A stretch of DNA of 57,107 bases. Origin: Paramecium tetraurelia. Its lineage: Eukaryota. Made by a program: the position numbers and the translations under genes. Every line of letters begins with the position of its first letter. Position 1 is the first letter of the stretch. The DNA lies in contig CT868000.1 in NCBI GenBank assembly GCA_000165425.1, positions 240,173 to 297,279 on the forward strand, given 5' to 3'. The notes under the pieces were generated by a model. The model did not search any database, was not told where the DNA came from, and was given only the letters and a program-made list of their open reading frames with translations. Below, piece after piece: positions 23,679 to 37,010 of this stretch.

Positions 23679-25391
23679 ATGCTTAACATTTGTCTAAGTG
23701 GATTTGATTCAAAAGAGAAGACTACTCTGTCAACATTTATTGAGGAACTCTCCGATATAGGATTCAAACAGTCTCAAGGCATGACTTTCTAAGTTAATGT
23801 TTTGGTGTGTAATTCTGCTTTTTAGTCAGATAAATATAAAGTATTATGATTGCCATAAAAGGTAGCAAAAAGACTAGATGTTGATGTTGTAAATAAAGAG
23901 TGGATCTATAATTGTTATAATTAACGCTAAAAACTAGATACAAAAAAATATTTACTTAAACCATTCAGAAATATCAAATTGGCGCTATTAGGTTTTATGA
24001 AGAGTGAACTCGATAAATTAAAAGAATTTATAGTTAAAAATGAAGGCGTTGTTGAATCAGATATCAATCAATCCGATCTTGTAGTCTTTAAAAAAGGCTC
24101 TTAATTTGAGTTCGAATTAAAGAATTGCACAAAGTGTTTAGTAGATTCCGACTGGATTATGTAATGTTATGAAAGAGCTGAATTCGTGCCTACCCAATAC
24201 TTCCAATATAATTAGTAGAAATTGAATGCAAGAGAATTACTAGAGAATTTATAAGGAAGTGGTGTGTTGGAGGCATTAAAAAAAGTGCAACTTTCCGAAT
24301 ATTGTTATCTCACCAATTGTGTGATTTATATTGCTGTTAAGGATGACAATCTCAAAAGGATAATATCACAATTGATTTCAGCTGGAGACGGGTTCTATGT
24401 CAACACTCTCCTCCCCATTGTTACTCATGTGATCTACTTATAGGGATGTAGTGAGGAAGTCAATCAATAGATATATTAAGTTATTCACCCTATGTGGCTT
24501 TGTGAATGTTTTAGATTAAGACGAAGGTTGAGAGAAGATGAATATTAAATCAGAATTAAATCTTCCTTTGAATAGACTGCTGTGAATAGTTTTGCAGCTA
24601 GTCAAGAGGAAATTCAAAGAGATTAGTTTGTATTTGGTAAGATCCCTGACTCGAGAGCTTTCGGAGAAGAAAATAATAACACTTCGAAATTCGGACTTAA
24701 ATCTTAGTCATTTAGCAACAATAATAGCAATATGTTGGCATTCAATAGATTCTCAAATAATACTGCAAAAAAAACCAAGTTATTTGAATAATGCTAAATA
24801 TTTGTTTTTGATCATCCAACTCTTGATAAGGCTGTTCTTTCGTTATTGAATGATAATGGAGCATTAGTCGAAAGATTAACCTATCCAATGAAAGTCAAGG
24901 TTTCGAATCTAAAGATTAGCAAATCTAAGGCTGTGCTAATCTTTTTATTGCCTGATCATGAATAATGTAAAGAAACAACTTAGATCATTGAAAAAGATTG
25001 CAAAGTACAATCCATAAAGTATTACAGTTATAGATGGGTTAATTATTGTTTAGAGAAGAATCTTTTGGAACTTTAAGTGGTCAATAAAAAATTATATCAT
25101 CTATAGCCTACGAATTAATAAACACCTACTCAAATCCTAAAGAACAAATTAATATATGTTACAACAAAGGATATCAATCAAAAAGTAGTTTTTAAGGAAC
25201 TGGCTAAAATAGTCACAGGCAAATTTCCAGAATATAAATTATCAGAATTAGATTATTATGTCTCAGATAAACAAGGAAAGAAGTTTAAATAAATATTAGA
25301 TATAAATAGAGGTGGTAGGTTAATGAATTAAATTGAGATCAAAGATATTGATTGGTTGTTATAGTAATATATTAAATAATAAAATCAATGA
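23679..25391 (+). CDS. Multi-BRCT protein (TopBP1/Rad4-like)
   Basis: ICLSGF...VVNKEWIYNCY, LKPFRNIKLALLGF...VDSDWIMQC, VTHVI...IHPMWLCECF, SYRWVNYCL (repeated BRCT W-x-x-x-C motifs); 21-nt intron 23841-23861. Confidence 0.85.
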
Positions 25392-26345
25392 AAAGTATCA
25401 TTTTATTTATTTTCTAATTTTAATCTTATATCCTATTATCAAATTTAATCTTTATTTGATGATATTTAATGTTAATTATATATTATATTTTACAATATTC
25501 TATTTTTAGATCAATACAATTTAATTAATAAATTAATGAGTTTCCTAATCTAAATATACTTCGACTTGGAAATGGCCCATTGTCGCTCTTTCTAAAATTC
25601 TTAAGATAATAATTAAATTCAATCGTCTAATGCTATATTCATTTATTTCATCGATTATATAAATTATATCTTTTTTCTATTTGGTGAAACAAGCCAATAT
25701 AATAATACTTTGTCCTTAAATTCTCTGCAATAGTAATCTCCATATTTACAGAGTAATAGCGTTTCTTGTCATAGACTAATCCAGAATTTCAAAATATGAA
25801 TTTGATATTTCGCAGACTATAATTTAAGATGATCAATACACCCTCAAAAAATGAGTAATTTAACTAGAACTTAAAATGATCAATAAAAACCTTTGAAACA
25901 TGTGTAATTTAGTATGTTGTTATTTAAATAAAAAAATTATATTCAATATCTTATGATCAAATATCCTTCTTTAAATTTGTCGTAATCAATCATGATGGTG
26001 AAATTTATGATCAAGAAATTATTTCCATAGAAGTAATTCATCGGTTATTTCTTAAGTGCTTTCTTTCCTTTTTTGCTTTATTCTATTTTTAGCCATTTCC
26101 ATAAATGGGATTTGTCTAGATTTAGTCGTTTTAGATATTATTTTTGGACTGTTTTCTTCTTCGGCCGGGCTATTGTCCCCGTTTAAAATCAACTAGTGTA
26201 TGGTATGAGATGGAAATGCTTGCATATTTTAAATAATATTGTAATAGATAATGTGGGGATTAATATAAATAACTGACGAATTGTTATCCATATTGATTAA
26301 AGATTTAATCAAAATTATTAAATAAATTTACACACATGAATTAAT

Positions 26346-27522
26346 TCATATAAATTTCTTCTAGAAGAAATTATGTAGTAAAATTTGATGACAATCTATT
26401 CTTTGATTATGATCAATGCAGAACATCTTTGTGAGTAAATCAAGGAGATCGTGATCTTTTATTAACTAACCTAATTATAATTATGGCTTTGGGTAAGGGA
26501 GAGAATTTAGTTTGGTTTTAATTTTGGATCTCTCTTTCATCCATCTTGGAATTGGACCAAAAATGGATTGGATTATTGCCAAGTGCATTAAATCATTGTT
26601 TCCTACTTTAATAAATACGGATCCTATATGGTTTTTTGTTTTGACTATATACCCGTATATAATTCAACAATAAGGCATGCTAGACTCCAAATGTCACTTG
26701 AGGTATCCCAGGCATCGCATCTCAAGATTACTTCAGGTGCTCTGTATTATCTAGTATTGATGACAGTGCTATGATGTTCATTGGCTTAGGTGGCACCTCC
26801 CATGTCAATTAATTTCACAAGATGTCTTAGTCATTTTACTTGTGTATACTTTTGTTGGTGAGAAAAAACGATGTTTTCTGGTTTTAGATCAGTGTGTGTA
26901 ATGCCAAGAGAATGCATAAACAAGAGCGAAGTAGTGATCTGTTGAAATATTGATTGGAGTTCTGTAATGTTGAGAGAATTTTATTGGAGATATTCATGGA
27001 GATTAAGGCCAAGCTGTATTTAATTGTTTAATATGCTACCCTTTCAAGTAAGATACAATGATAGTCCTACCAAGCGAAGTAATCATAGAATCTAACGATA
27101 CCAGCCTCACCAAATGGATCAAACTACTAGATTTATTTTAGAACTTCCACTTCTGTGTGATCAGTTTGGCTCAAGATCTGAATATTAATCGAATAACTTT
27201 AACAGCATATGGAATTCCTAACTCATCTATGACTTCTAACACCATTCCGAATGTCCCTGAACTTAAATACTTTGTGATAACATATTTGTCAAGTTTTTCC
27301 CCAATCTCGTATAAGAACTGACATCCTGATGAGCAGCTAGAACTACTGCTGCTACTTTTATCGCTGCTACTTTCAGAAGAAGAGCTACTACTACTACTAC
27401 TACTACTCTCCGTAGTTGAATTCATAATCAATCTACTTTATATTTTGCTAATATCACTTAAGCTTAGAAGTATTTCTACTTCGGTATCGATATTGAGTTG
27501 TTGAAGTTTCTTGCCCTTACAT
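26346..27522 (-). CDS. CLK/LAMMER-family dual-specificity kinase with Ser-rich N-terminus
   Basis: SSGTFGMV, AVKVIR, THTDLKPENI, LIDMGGAT, INTRQYRAPEVIL, LAMMER-like MHLAIIQSIFGP; several tiny introns; start inferred via a 22-nt intron. Confidence 0.9.
27330..27407 (-). repeat. Coding trinucleotide (AGT/AGC) tract, poly-serine
   Basis: (cta)n/(ctg)n on the plus strand; translates as SSSSSSSSSSSESSSDKSSSSSSSCSS in the CLK N-terminus. Confidence 0.9.
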
Positions 27523-27561
27523 ACACTATTTTTTAATATTATTATTAATGTTATTATTTAA

Positions 27562-28367
27562 TCAGACAGGTGGCTTTATACCTGAAACAGACTATCTAAC
27601 AGTTGAACCTGAAGTTTTCACAACTGACTTGGTGACTGTAGTGGATGAGGTCACAATCTGTAATATAATAGATAGATTTACCTTCTGTTTCTTTAATGCT
27701 TCTAATTCTATTTCTGCATTCATTAATTTCTCTTGAGTTTCACTATATTCATGATTAATTTCTTAAAACTTTCTTTTCCATACTTCTGCTTCATTATTGA
27801 CTTCCATAATTCTTTAGGTCACTGTTTCACTTTGAGTCTGTTGAATCAATAATCTGAGCCTTTCATTTTCATCTTCCAATTCATGCACCTACACTCGATT
27901 AGGAATATGAATACTCTTGTATTGTCCATTTACTTCACTACTTCAACAGTCTTTTTCTTTTCCAATTCAGAAATCAATTATTATAAATACAAGACTTCAT
28001 CTCTCCATGGAGCTTCAATCTCTTCTCTGGAAACTACTCCCAATCTTACTACTGCCTATTATTAAGGTGGACAGCAAGATTAAGCACTGGATCCGCACTA
28101 CATATTTGAAGCACACCCTCCAAGTTGTATTGATTATCCAGGATTGAATGATGTTTGCATTTGATAATGTGTGGATAACACTTTGCTTTGGTATGAATTT
28201 TATTTGCCTTTTTTGTGCCAAAATTAATAGGCTTCTGGTCTTTCGGATCTCAAGTAGGTTGTGTTCTAGATTTCATCAAACTAATTTACATATTAAGTCT
28301 AAGGAAGTGTAACTTATTTTCTTTCCTATACAATGGATTCTTAACGAATTGTTGTGTAATTACTCAT
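27562..28367 (-). CDS. Hypothetical coiled-coil protein, possibly cortical/cytoskeletal
   Basis: MSNYTTIRQESIVQERKQV...; heptad-rich ELEDENERLRLLIQQ and EAEVWKRKFQEINHEYSETQEKLMNAEIELEALKKQK; S/T/V-rich tail; two tiny introns. Confidence 0.75.
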
Positions 28368-28396
28368 ATCTTTAATATATAATTCTTTAATTAATT
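28368..28396. promoter_or_regulatory. 29-bp divergent intergenic spacer (candidate bidirectional promoter)
   Basis: Only 29 nearly pure A/T bases separate the minus-strand ATG (28367) from the ZNF598 ATG (28397). Confidence 0.55.
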
Positions 28397-30899
28397 ATGG
28401 ATAAAGTAGAATCAGATTGTGTACTCTGTGTATAGGAAGCAGACATAATTGGACTGGGTCATTGTAACCACAAAACATTCTGTTATCAATGCATGATCAA
28501 AATGAGAGTGATAAGCAAAATAACAATGTGTCCCATTTGCAAGCAATAACTTGACAAGATAATTCTCACTGACAATCTCAATGCTCAATTCGCAGACTTT
28601 TAAATCAATAAACTCATACCAATCACATATTCAGTATGATATTAACTTATATCACACCTTTAGAAGGAAGCAAAAGATGTCTTTTATACAGATTCCGAGG
28701 ATATTAAAACGAAAGTCGAAAGTCTCAACAATTTTAAATGCCCATTCCAAGAATGCTAGAATGGGTAATTGATGAGCAATTACAATCAATTACGATTCCA
28801 CCTGAAAGATTAGCATCAACGATAATTTTGGTATCAATCAATTACTTATCCTTAGTGACGTCTGTATTGAATAGAAGACCTGTTTTCTGGTTGAATAATA
28901 GGTGTATACAGATTACGAACACCGTAAACATCTACAACATGGTGATTATGACGAAGATGGCAATCTCATCTTTAAACATCCCTATTGCAAATATTGCAAA
29001 AAGAACTTTTATGACGAAGACAAATTCAAATACCACTTGAACATCGCTCACATAAATTGTAATTTGTGTGACAATAGAAAGTTTGTATTCTACAAGGATC
29101 ACTTAAGTTTTGAAAAGCATTTAAAGCTCTCACATTTTTTATGTGAAGAGCCATTATGCAAATCAATGTTGATAGTATTCAAAAACGCAGGTGAACTTGA
29201 TATGCACAAGAATTAAAGTCATCGAAATGATCCAAGAATAAAGAAACCAAATCAATATAATATTCAATAATTTGCTGGATTTTATGATAATCCAAAATAA
29301 AACGTACAAAACAACGACAATGAGGGATGGGATTTCAGCGATCAATTCCCATCACTTAAATAAACAAATCTAAGAGCTGTTGTTCATCGTGATTAACATA
29401 ATGATGAAAAAATCGACTTTAGAGACTTTTTATATGTTGATTACAATGATGAAATAGATAAATAATCTGATCAAAGTGAAAAACTCCATTCTTAATAAAA
29501 TGTTCATTTAGAGGATCTTCGTCTTGTCAAACCTGCAACTATTCCAAGCATTAATCATGATTCCTTTATTAGAAAATGTTCTTTCTTCTTGAGAAATCAA
29601 AAAGGCAAAGAAGATCAAATTAGAAAAATGATTAGCATGTTTGAATAAGAGAGATATGATCCTGAAAATTTTACCACTGATTTCATTAGATTATTTGAGT
29701 TGAAAACAGGATTAAGATTGATAACCTTCTTTATGGCTATGAGAGAGCTTAAAGAGAGGAAAGATTTATGGAAAAAAGTTGATGATGTATATTTTAAAGA
29801 GTTGCAGAGGTTGCCAAAAAAAAATAATTCAATTATTATGTAATGCAAAACTTACTCAGAATTGTTTTTAAAATTATTAGATGAATTGAATATCAATCTG
29901 GCTTGTAGAATTGAAAAGGGAGAACTTAAAAATTATGCTGATACTGCCATGCCAAAAGAGAGAATATTTTAATTTATTGAAGTACTCAGACATGTAAAAA
30001 CTTAAGAAATGGGTAAATTCAAGTTTGCTTTGAATTTTGGTTTGGTCCAATAAGTATTGGAGCACATTAAATAAAAGATTTTATTAGATGATTTCTCAAA
30101 CATTTAAGGTACTTACTTAATTTATGATTAGAACATATCTCAAAGATTAGCAATCATGATCTAGTTCCTTTCTATTTGTATGTTAATTTAAGCTCAAAGA
30201 TCTTAAAAGGAGAGTAAATTCATAAAGAATAAAAGGATGTCAATGAATGTGTATATTTGGAATACTTCTAAAAAAATCCAAAATTATTCAATCTTATTTC
30301 AAAACCTGAAGTAATTGAATCCAGCAAATAGTAATTATTGTAAAAGATCCCAAAAAATTAATAAGGAAGTGGTTTAGATATGAATGCATTTGATTTTCCG
30401 TCCTTACGTAATTATAATAATAAATTTGTAGCTAAGGCACCAAAAAAAGAACAGACTATTGAATAATTCTAAGTCAAGACTGTTGAGCCTTAAAAATAGT
30501 AATAGCAGGAGAAGAAATAAAAATAGAACACTTAATCTAAAAAAGGGAAATAGGAGGATAGTGGAGCTGCAATATTTTAATATTAACCTACATAAGAAGA
30601 ATCCTTCCCTAGTCTTATATCTCAACCAGGTATCAATTTCTAATTATCATTAGCTGAAATACAACCTAAACATGTAACCAAAGTAACTGGAACATTTGTA
30701 GAGGATGAAAGTTTTGTACCACTTACTACTTACTAACCAGTTAGAAATTTAGAAGGAACAGAATGGGATTCAAATCCTATAGTACCAGTAATTTAATTTT
30801 GTTAATAAATTATAGAAAAAAAGCTCGTAAATGAAGGAAGTTGCCAAGATAAAGAAGAAAAATAAGACTATAGTGTAAATATCTGGCGGATTTTGTTGA
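28397..30899 (+). CDS. ZNF598: ZNF598/Hel2-like RING E3 ligase (ribosome quality control)
   Basis: N-terminal RING CVLC...CNHKTFCYQC...CPICKQ; C2H2 array HPYCKYCKKNFYDEDKFKYHL..HINCNLCD..HFLCEEPLC; several tiny introns. Confidence 0.88.
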
Positions 30900-30943
30900 A
30901 TTATTATTGTTAATTGGTTGAATTTAAAATATTATTGATAAAT

Positions 30944-32252
30944 TCATTTTGCTAAATTTGTTTTTAACACTTCTGCTACTTTTTAGATAAATTCCAAAGT
31001 ATTCAAATATTAATCTCGTGGGACACTAAAATATACAAATATTGATATACTTCAACGTATTATGAACACAAATGGCCAAATCCTTAGTCATGAATCCTTT
31101 TTCAACCGCCTCGATTATACTTGCTTCAAGAGTATTGCAAAATCTTTCTAATTCTTTATTGTTATCTAATTTGGCTCTATGTAATAATCCTCTTGTCCAA
31201 GCATAGATACTGGCAATGGAATTAGTTGAAGTTTCCTTGCCCTATTGATGTAATCGATAATGTCTTGTAACAGTTCCATGAGCAGCTTCAGCTTCCACAC
31301 ATCCGTCTGGACTAACTAATACACTTGTCATCAAACCAAGAGATCCAAAACCTTATGCCAATGTATCGGATTAGACATCTCCATCATAATTTTTGCAAGC
31401 CCAAACAAATCCTCCTTCACTCTTGATCATATATGCAACCATATCATCAATCAATCTGTGTTCATACCAAATCTTCTTAGCTTCAAAATCAGCCTTATAC
31501 TTAGTATCATATAAGTGTTAGAAGATGTCTTTGAATCTGCCATCATAAACTTTAAGAATGGTATTCTTGGTTGATAAATAAAGGGGATATGCTAATTCAA
31601 TTGCATGTTAGAAGCAAGCATGAGCAAATGCTGTTATTGATTCATCTGTATTGTACATGGCCATAGCAACACCTCCTGTGCCTTAGAAATCGAACACTTC
31701 GACTCTTTATGGTTCACTTCCATCTTTTGGTGTGAATAACACTTCGAACTTTCCTTCCTTTTAGAAACGAAGATCTGTAGCCTTATATTAGTCACCAAAA
31801 GCATGACGACCAATAACTATTGGCTTAGTCCATCCTGGAACGAGTCTAGGAATATTCTTAATCAAAATAGGTTCTCTAAACACTGTTCCATTAAGGATGT
31901 TTCTAATAGTACCATTTGGAGATTTCCACATATATTTCAAATTGAATTCCTTCACTCTTGCCTCATCTGGAGTGCTATGATAATTAATATATTTCGATAC
32001 ATTGTAGCACATTTGATTCCTACTTTGCACTCTTGAATTGCCTTTGCACATTCGATAGTAACCTTGTCATCAGTCTGGTCTCTATTCTCCATTCCCAAAT
32101 CATAGTATTTTATTGGAATATCTAAGAATGGTGTGATGAGATATTCTTTAATCCAAGCCCAAATAACCTTTCATATTTTTCTATCTTACTCTAGTCATTT
32201 CATCTCCATCCATTTCTACAACTGGATTATTCACCTTGATTTTTGCGTCCAT
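30944..32252 (-). CDS. IDH: NADP-dependent isocitrate dehydrogenase (no presequence, likely cytosolic)
   Basis: [81 protein letters not shown]. Confidence 0.97.
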
Positions 32253-32727
32253 TACTAATAATTTTAATATTGTGGGAATTTATGAATGCGTTTATAAAAT
32301 TGTTGATAAGATATTTTGATAAATTATATTTTGTTAAAGCAAAGTATTTTGAAATTGGATAAGCTCCTATTGATATTTTATGTTATCTGGGAAAATGTTT
32401 GGATGAAGAATTAATAAAGATATTATAATAGGAAAATCAAAGATTTGATTAATTTGTAAGATTGTTAAAACAGCAAACCATATATTAATTCTATTAATTC
32501 AAAATAAATATCTCTAATTCACCTTTATATTTTGTCACTAAAGCCTAATGAAATCTTAATTTCTAAAGTAGAATTCAATAAATTAATAAAGTAGTCCAGA
32601 ATACAGCATTACAATAATCAGCTTAGCATTTATCATTGTAATTGTACCAGATATTTTAATTTAATATATCTTAGTGCATTTTGTAGATATTAATTTCATA
32701 ATTTTAACGAATTATAAAATTAAGTTA

Positions 32728-33516
32728 ATGTTAAATTCAAAATTTACTGTGAAAAGAGAACCACTAAAAGAAAGGTTTCTATAAATAACTAATAAATTAA
32801 ATAATCTTGATATCAAATAAGGTACAAGCAAGGCTCATAGAATTGATACTTTGAATGAAAGAAGCTATAAAATAGATGAAAGAATAAGAGCCATTAAAGA
32901 GAATTATAATAAATAAGTCTTGTAGTTAAAAGAATAAGTTTAAGGACTGTCTGAATAAATTGACTAAGAGAGATAGGAATTTAAATAATAGCATAATTAG
33001 TATTCATAAAAGGTGTCAGATTTGGAAAAGTCGACACAAAAACAATTACAAATTGAATAAAGTGAAAGAGTAGATGGTATTAATTAATTGACAGCCTACT
33101 TAAATGAAAAGGTATTAAAAATTAATAATTATTAGCTTACTTTCATTAAATCAGATTTGACAATTGAATCAAAATTAAGAGAAGAATTAATTGATGAACT
33201 CTAAAGAGGATTAGAAAATTAATTACCTAAAATGAATTAATAAATCAAAAGTGAAAAAGAGGATAGAGAATTATTTGACAAATAAATTTTGAAAAAAAGC
33301 ACAGTTGAAATGAATAAATTGTCGAATTAGTTAAATGATGTTTCAAGATAAACTTTAGAATAAGAAAATTAAATTATTGGAATGTTATAAGAATTGATTA
33401 TCAGAACTAAAGAGGACTTAAAATAATTGTCAGAAGAAAGACAGGAAAAAGAAGAAGAAATAATTAATTTGATTGAAAAGACTTGTGATAGAATGGTCTA
33501 AGCCTCATTGATTTGA
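32728..33516 (+). CDS. SF-assemblin / striated rootlet protein
   Basis: ~260 aa segmented coiled coil starting LKERFLQITNKLNNL and ending EEEIINLIEKTCDRM, typical of the SF-assemblin/beta-giardin family. Confidence 0.75.
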
Positions 33517-33733
33517 ATATTAATTTTCATTTAAGAATTTCAATATCACTAAACTAAATATAACTTTTGAAAATATCAAAAAAAATCTAAATATTCGAAA
33601 AAGAATTTATTTCAAATGATTTTAGAAACATGTTTTGTCCTGTCGGAATTAAAAAATATCAGTTTGATAAACATCAATAATAATAATCAAGAGACTATAT
33701 TATATCAAAAAATCCTTGTTATTATATCTATGT

Positions 33734-36700
33734 TCAAAAAGGGAATTAATTTTCTTCGAGTAGATGAAATAGATTATAATCTTCATTATATCCAATTTTA
33801 ATTATTAAATCATGGAATACCTTTTTCAACACTGAAATTTGATATTAATCAACAACAATTTCTGAATTGTGACCATGTTTGACCAAATGGAGAATGATAT
33901 ATAATGCATATAATCCACTATAATCAAAATTTAAACTTTAACCAAAACTGTTTACATCATTCACAACTCCAAATTGATAACTAAATCTCCCTAGTTCTTC
34001 TCTGGGTTTCTTTAATTTAATTTCGAATTCATATTATAAGAATGAAATTACATTTTTCATATAAGGATTCTTCTCTGGATTTATATATTATGGATCCCTG
34101 ATTCTTAATGAGAGAGATGACAGCAAATAGCAATAACATGTTTTCCTTTTAAGATTAACAAAAACTATTGAATATTCAGTAGGATATTCGGCAATTGGGA
34201 TAACTAACCAATCGAAAATATCGAATATAGTTTCATCCTGTCCTGTATATTCAAAAGTGAATTGATTAGCTTCAAAATAATTAATTCTAAAGGTGGAATG
34301 GAGTAAATTAAAACATAATGTTTAGTAAAATTAAGTAGGAAACAATTTAATATTAGTTGTATAATGTTGAAATACATTATGATTTTTACGTTGATGGTAA
34401 GATTTTTCTTCAAAAAATTTTAGTAAAAAATTAAAAATCAAATTATTCAACTTGCCATCTTTATAAAATTACTTCATCATAGGAATTTCAATTATCATTC
34501 CATATCTTTTAGCAGCTATATTTCCTTTTTAAATGAATTCTGAAGTGTTTCTTTTGATGGTTGGTAAACTAGTGAATTGAGTTTTTATAGTACTTTCATC
34601 TTTTGATTTTGGAAATTCATAACTAACTTTTGGGGAGCTGACATCCATCTAATCCATTTATTAAAATAAGTAATCCTTTCGTTTTAAAAGAGATTTTTAA
34701 AAAGATTCTTGGTTTTCTTCTCCTTAAATCATTTCATTAATCATTCTAAGTATTTATTAATCATCATGTAATATAGTACTATAGTTTTATAAATTCGAGT
34801 TATAAACAGCACTATTATTGATGGCGCTTTTATTTTAAACCGTATCAAGCACATCCTCAAATGTCATCTTTTTTCTTTTTTCCAAATATTGCTTTATTTT
34901 GCCATTGATTCTGAAGACTTCTTATAACTTTTAAATTTCTATTTCCTTATCTACTTCATCGTTTATTAATTCATGATAATATTCTGTCAAATCTTCTTAA
35001 ATTTTGGTTAATTTATCTTAACTATCCAAATATGCTTATGCTTATGGTTGATCAATTGATCTTTTCTTTTTATTGAATAAACCAGAAAATTCATCTTCAT
35101 CATATTCTTCACTTCTTTGAGTTTCAATAATTGGTGCTTATTAATGAAGAGCAGAATTATTTTTATTTGTACCTACTCTGCTTCCAGGTTATAGGACATT
35201 CTTTTTTCCTGTAAATGATCTGCTAGCCTACTATGCTAATTAAATTGAAGTTTCACTGGTTTCTGATTTAGGTGATAGATCACCTTATTGTTTGTTTTTA
35301 CTAAATAAAGAAGACTTCTTAGAATGAGGTTCCTATTACTCAGACTTTTAATCTGAAATAATCGACTTTTATGGGGAATTCATGGGCGATTATTAAATAG
35401 CAGTTTATTACTTGTTTCTGAATGAACTGACAAACGTTTTTTTTTATTAAGGAGTTTACTCTTCAATATTTTTATTTGATCTTTGTTGTGGTGTATCATT
35501 ATTTGTATTTGTATTGTTTTTAAATCTTCCAAATCTGCTACCCCCAGATTAAGATTGAGAATTTTAAACTTCATTTTACTAAGCTTAAGGAAGTTGTGCT
35601 ATTAGTGGAATAGTTATTTTCTTTTTGGAGCCTATTTAGATTGACTTTAGACTGGAAATAACGGTCTACTACATCTTAATCAAGGCCCAAATCAATTTGG
35701 ATCTTAGTTACCTTTTCTCTGAGAACCCAAATTTAATTTTATCAATAGGAGTACCTGAAATATATTGCCAAAGCCAATTTACTATGTATTCAGTTCCGTC
35801 TGTGCTATCAGGCATAGCTTTAGAATATATAGTTTGGAGCTGGATTATTGTAGGTGATTAAAGATGATATCAATTTATCAAAGGAATTTTTCAATTCATC
35901 TTTAGTTACATTCTTATTTTAGAGATCTACAATATCTAGAGATTTTTAAGTCATATGGTAAATTGCAAAAACCCATCTGGTATTTTTAATATACTATAAT
36001 ATGATTAATCTTTCATTTTCAGCGCCTTATCTCCTTCTAGGTTTAAAGATTATTTCAAATTCTTCACAAATTTCATCTCCTTCTGCTACTACAAAAAAAG
36101 GAATTAATGGTGTTTTGCTCTACAAATCAAAATAATACAAATAAGACAGCCAAAAGGCCATCATGTGAAGTTTAGATTTTCCAGATTTTTAGAGTAGTTC
36201 AAAATCAGTTAATTAAACTTCAATTCCTGTCCATTAGCCTGTTAGAAATGGGTCTAGATTTGCCACTTAATATTATTTAATTTCATTTTCATTCCATTAT
36301 GCTAATGCTGGCAATGGAGGATAATCAACATGTAAAGATTTCTCACCTCTGAAAAATAACCACAACAATTGAGATTTTAATTTTACCTTGTCACTCGGTT
36401 ACAATTTTACAAATGATTACCCTTTGACAATAGTTTGATACAAATAATTTATAATATACATTCCCCCATCAGTTGCTTTATCTTCCTAATATATGTAATT
36501 CACAGTCTTGAAAGATACTTTTGCCAATCCTGTTTTTTTAAGTAACTGTTCATATGATTTTTTTAAATCATCCTTCGTCTTATTTTTCTAGAGATCCACA
36601 ATATCTAAAACTGTTGTTTTTAAATTAAATATCCCAGTTACCCACCTATCGGTCCAATAGAATATGAGAATATAGTTAATTGGATCGCCCTTTTGTTAAT

Positions 36701-37010
36701 TTTTTCTTAATAAAGAGTTCAATTACTCCACAAGATCTAACATTTATCTTTAATAAGCTAAGTAATATTAGTGAACAGCTTTAGAACGCTTTTAAAGGTA
36801 GTTAATAAAGTAAATCATACTCTTAAAATTCATTTTTCCATCATTGTTTAATTTCAACACATCATCGTAAGTAATGTGCACACCCAATACTAAATCATCA
36901 ATAAACATAATTTCATCTGGTGGTGAAGTTAATTATTAGGCTGACTCTGAAAAATTTTAGTATAAATCATTATATTCTTCATCTTGAAATTCACTTAACG
37001 AAATATTCAT
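33734..37010 (-). CDS. ~1090 aa protein with three degenerate Ulp1/C48-like domains (pseudo-protease); one +1 frameshift
   Basis: Span is 3277 nt = 3x1092+1. Domains 1 and 2 align internally (RWVTGIFNLKTTVLDIVDLQ vs RWVFAIYHMTQKSLDIVDLQ). Domain 3 GKLNNLIFNFLL..LFPTQFYQTL..IFDIFDWLVIPI..SIVFVNLK..SGLYAL follows the C48 pattern without the catalytic His/Cys. Confidence 0.6.

Noticed and set aside
35808..35810. In-frame TGA as selenocysteine or readthrough codon
   Set aside because: That frame meets another TGA six codons later, and the internal-repeat homology continues in the +1 frame, so a single-base indel fits better.
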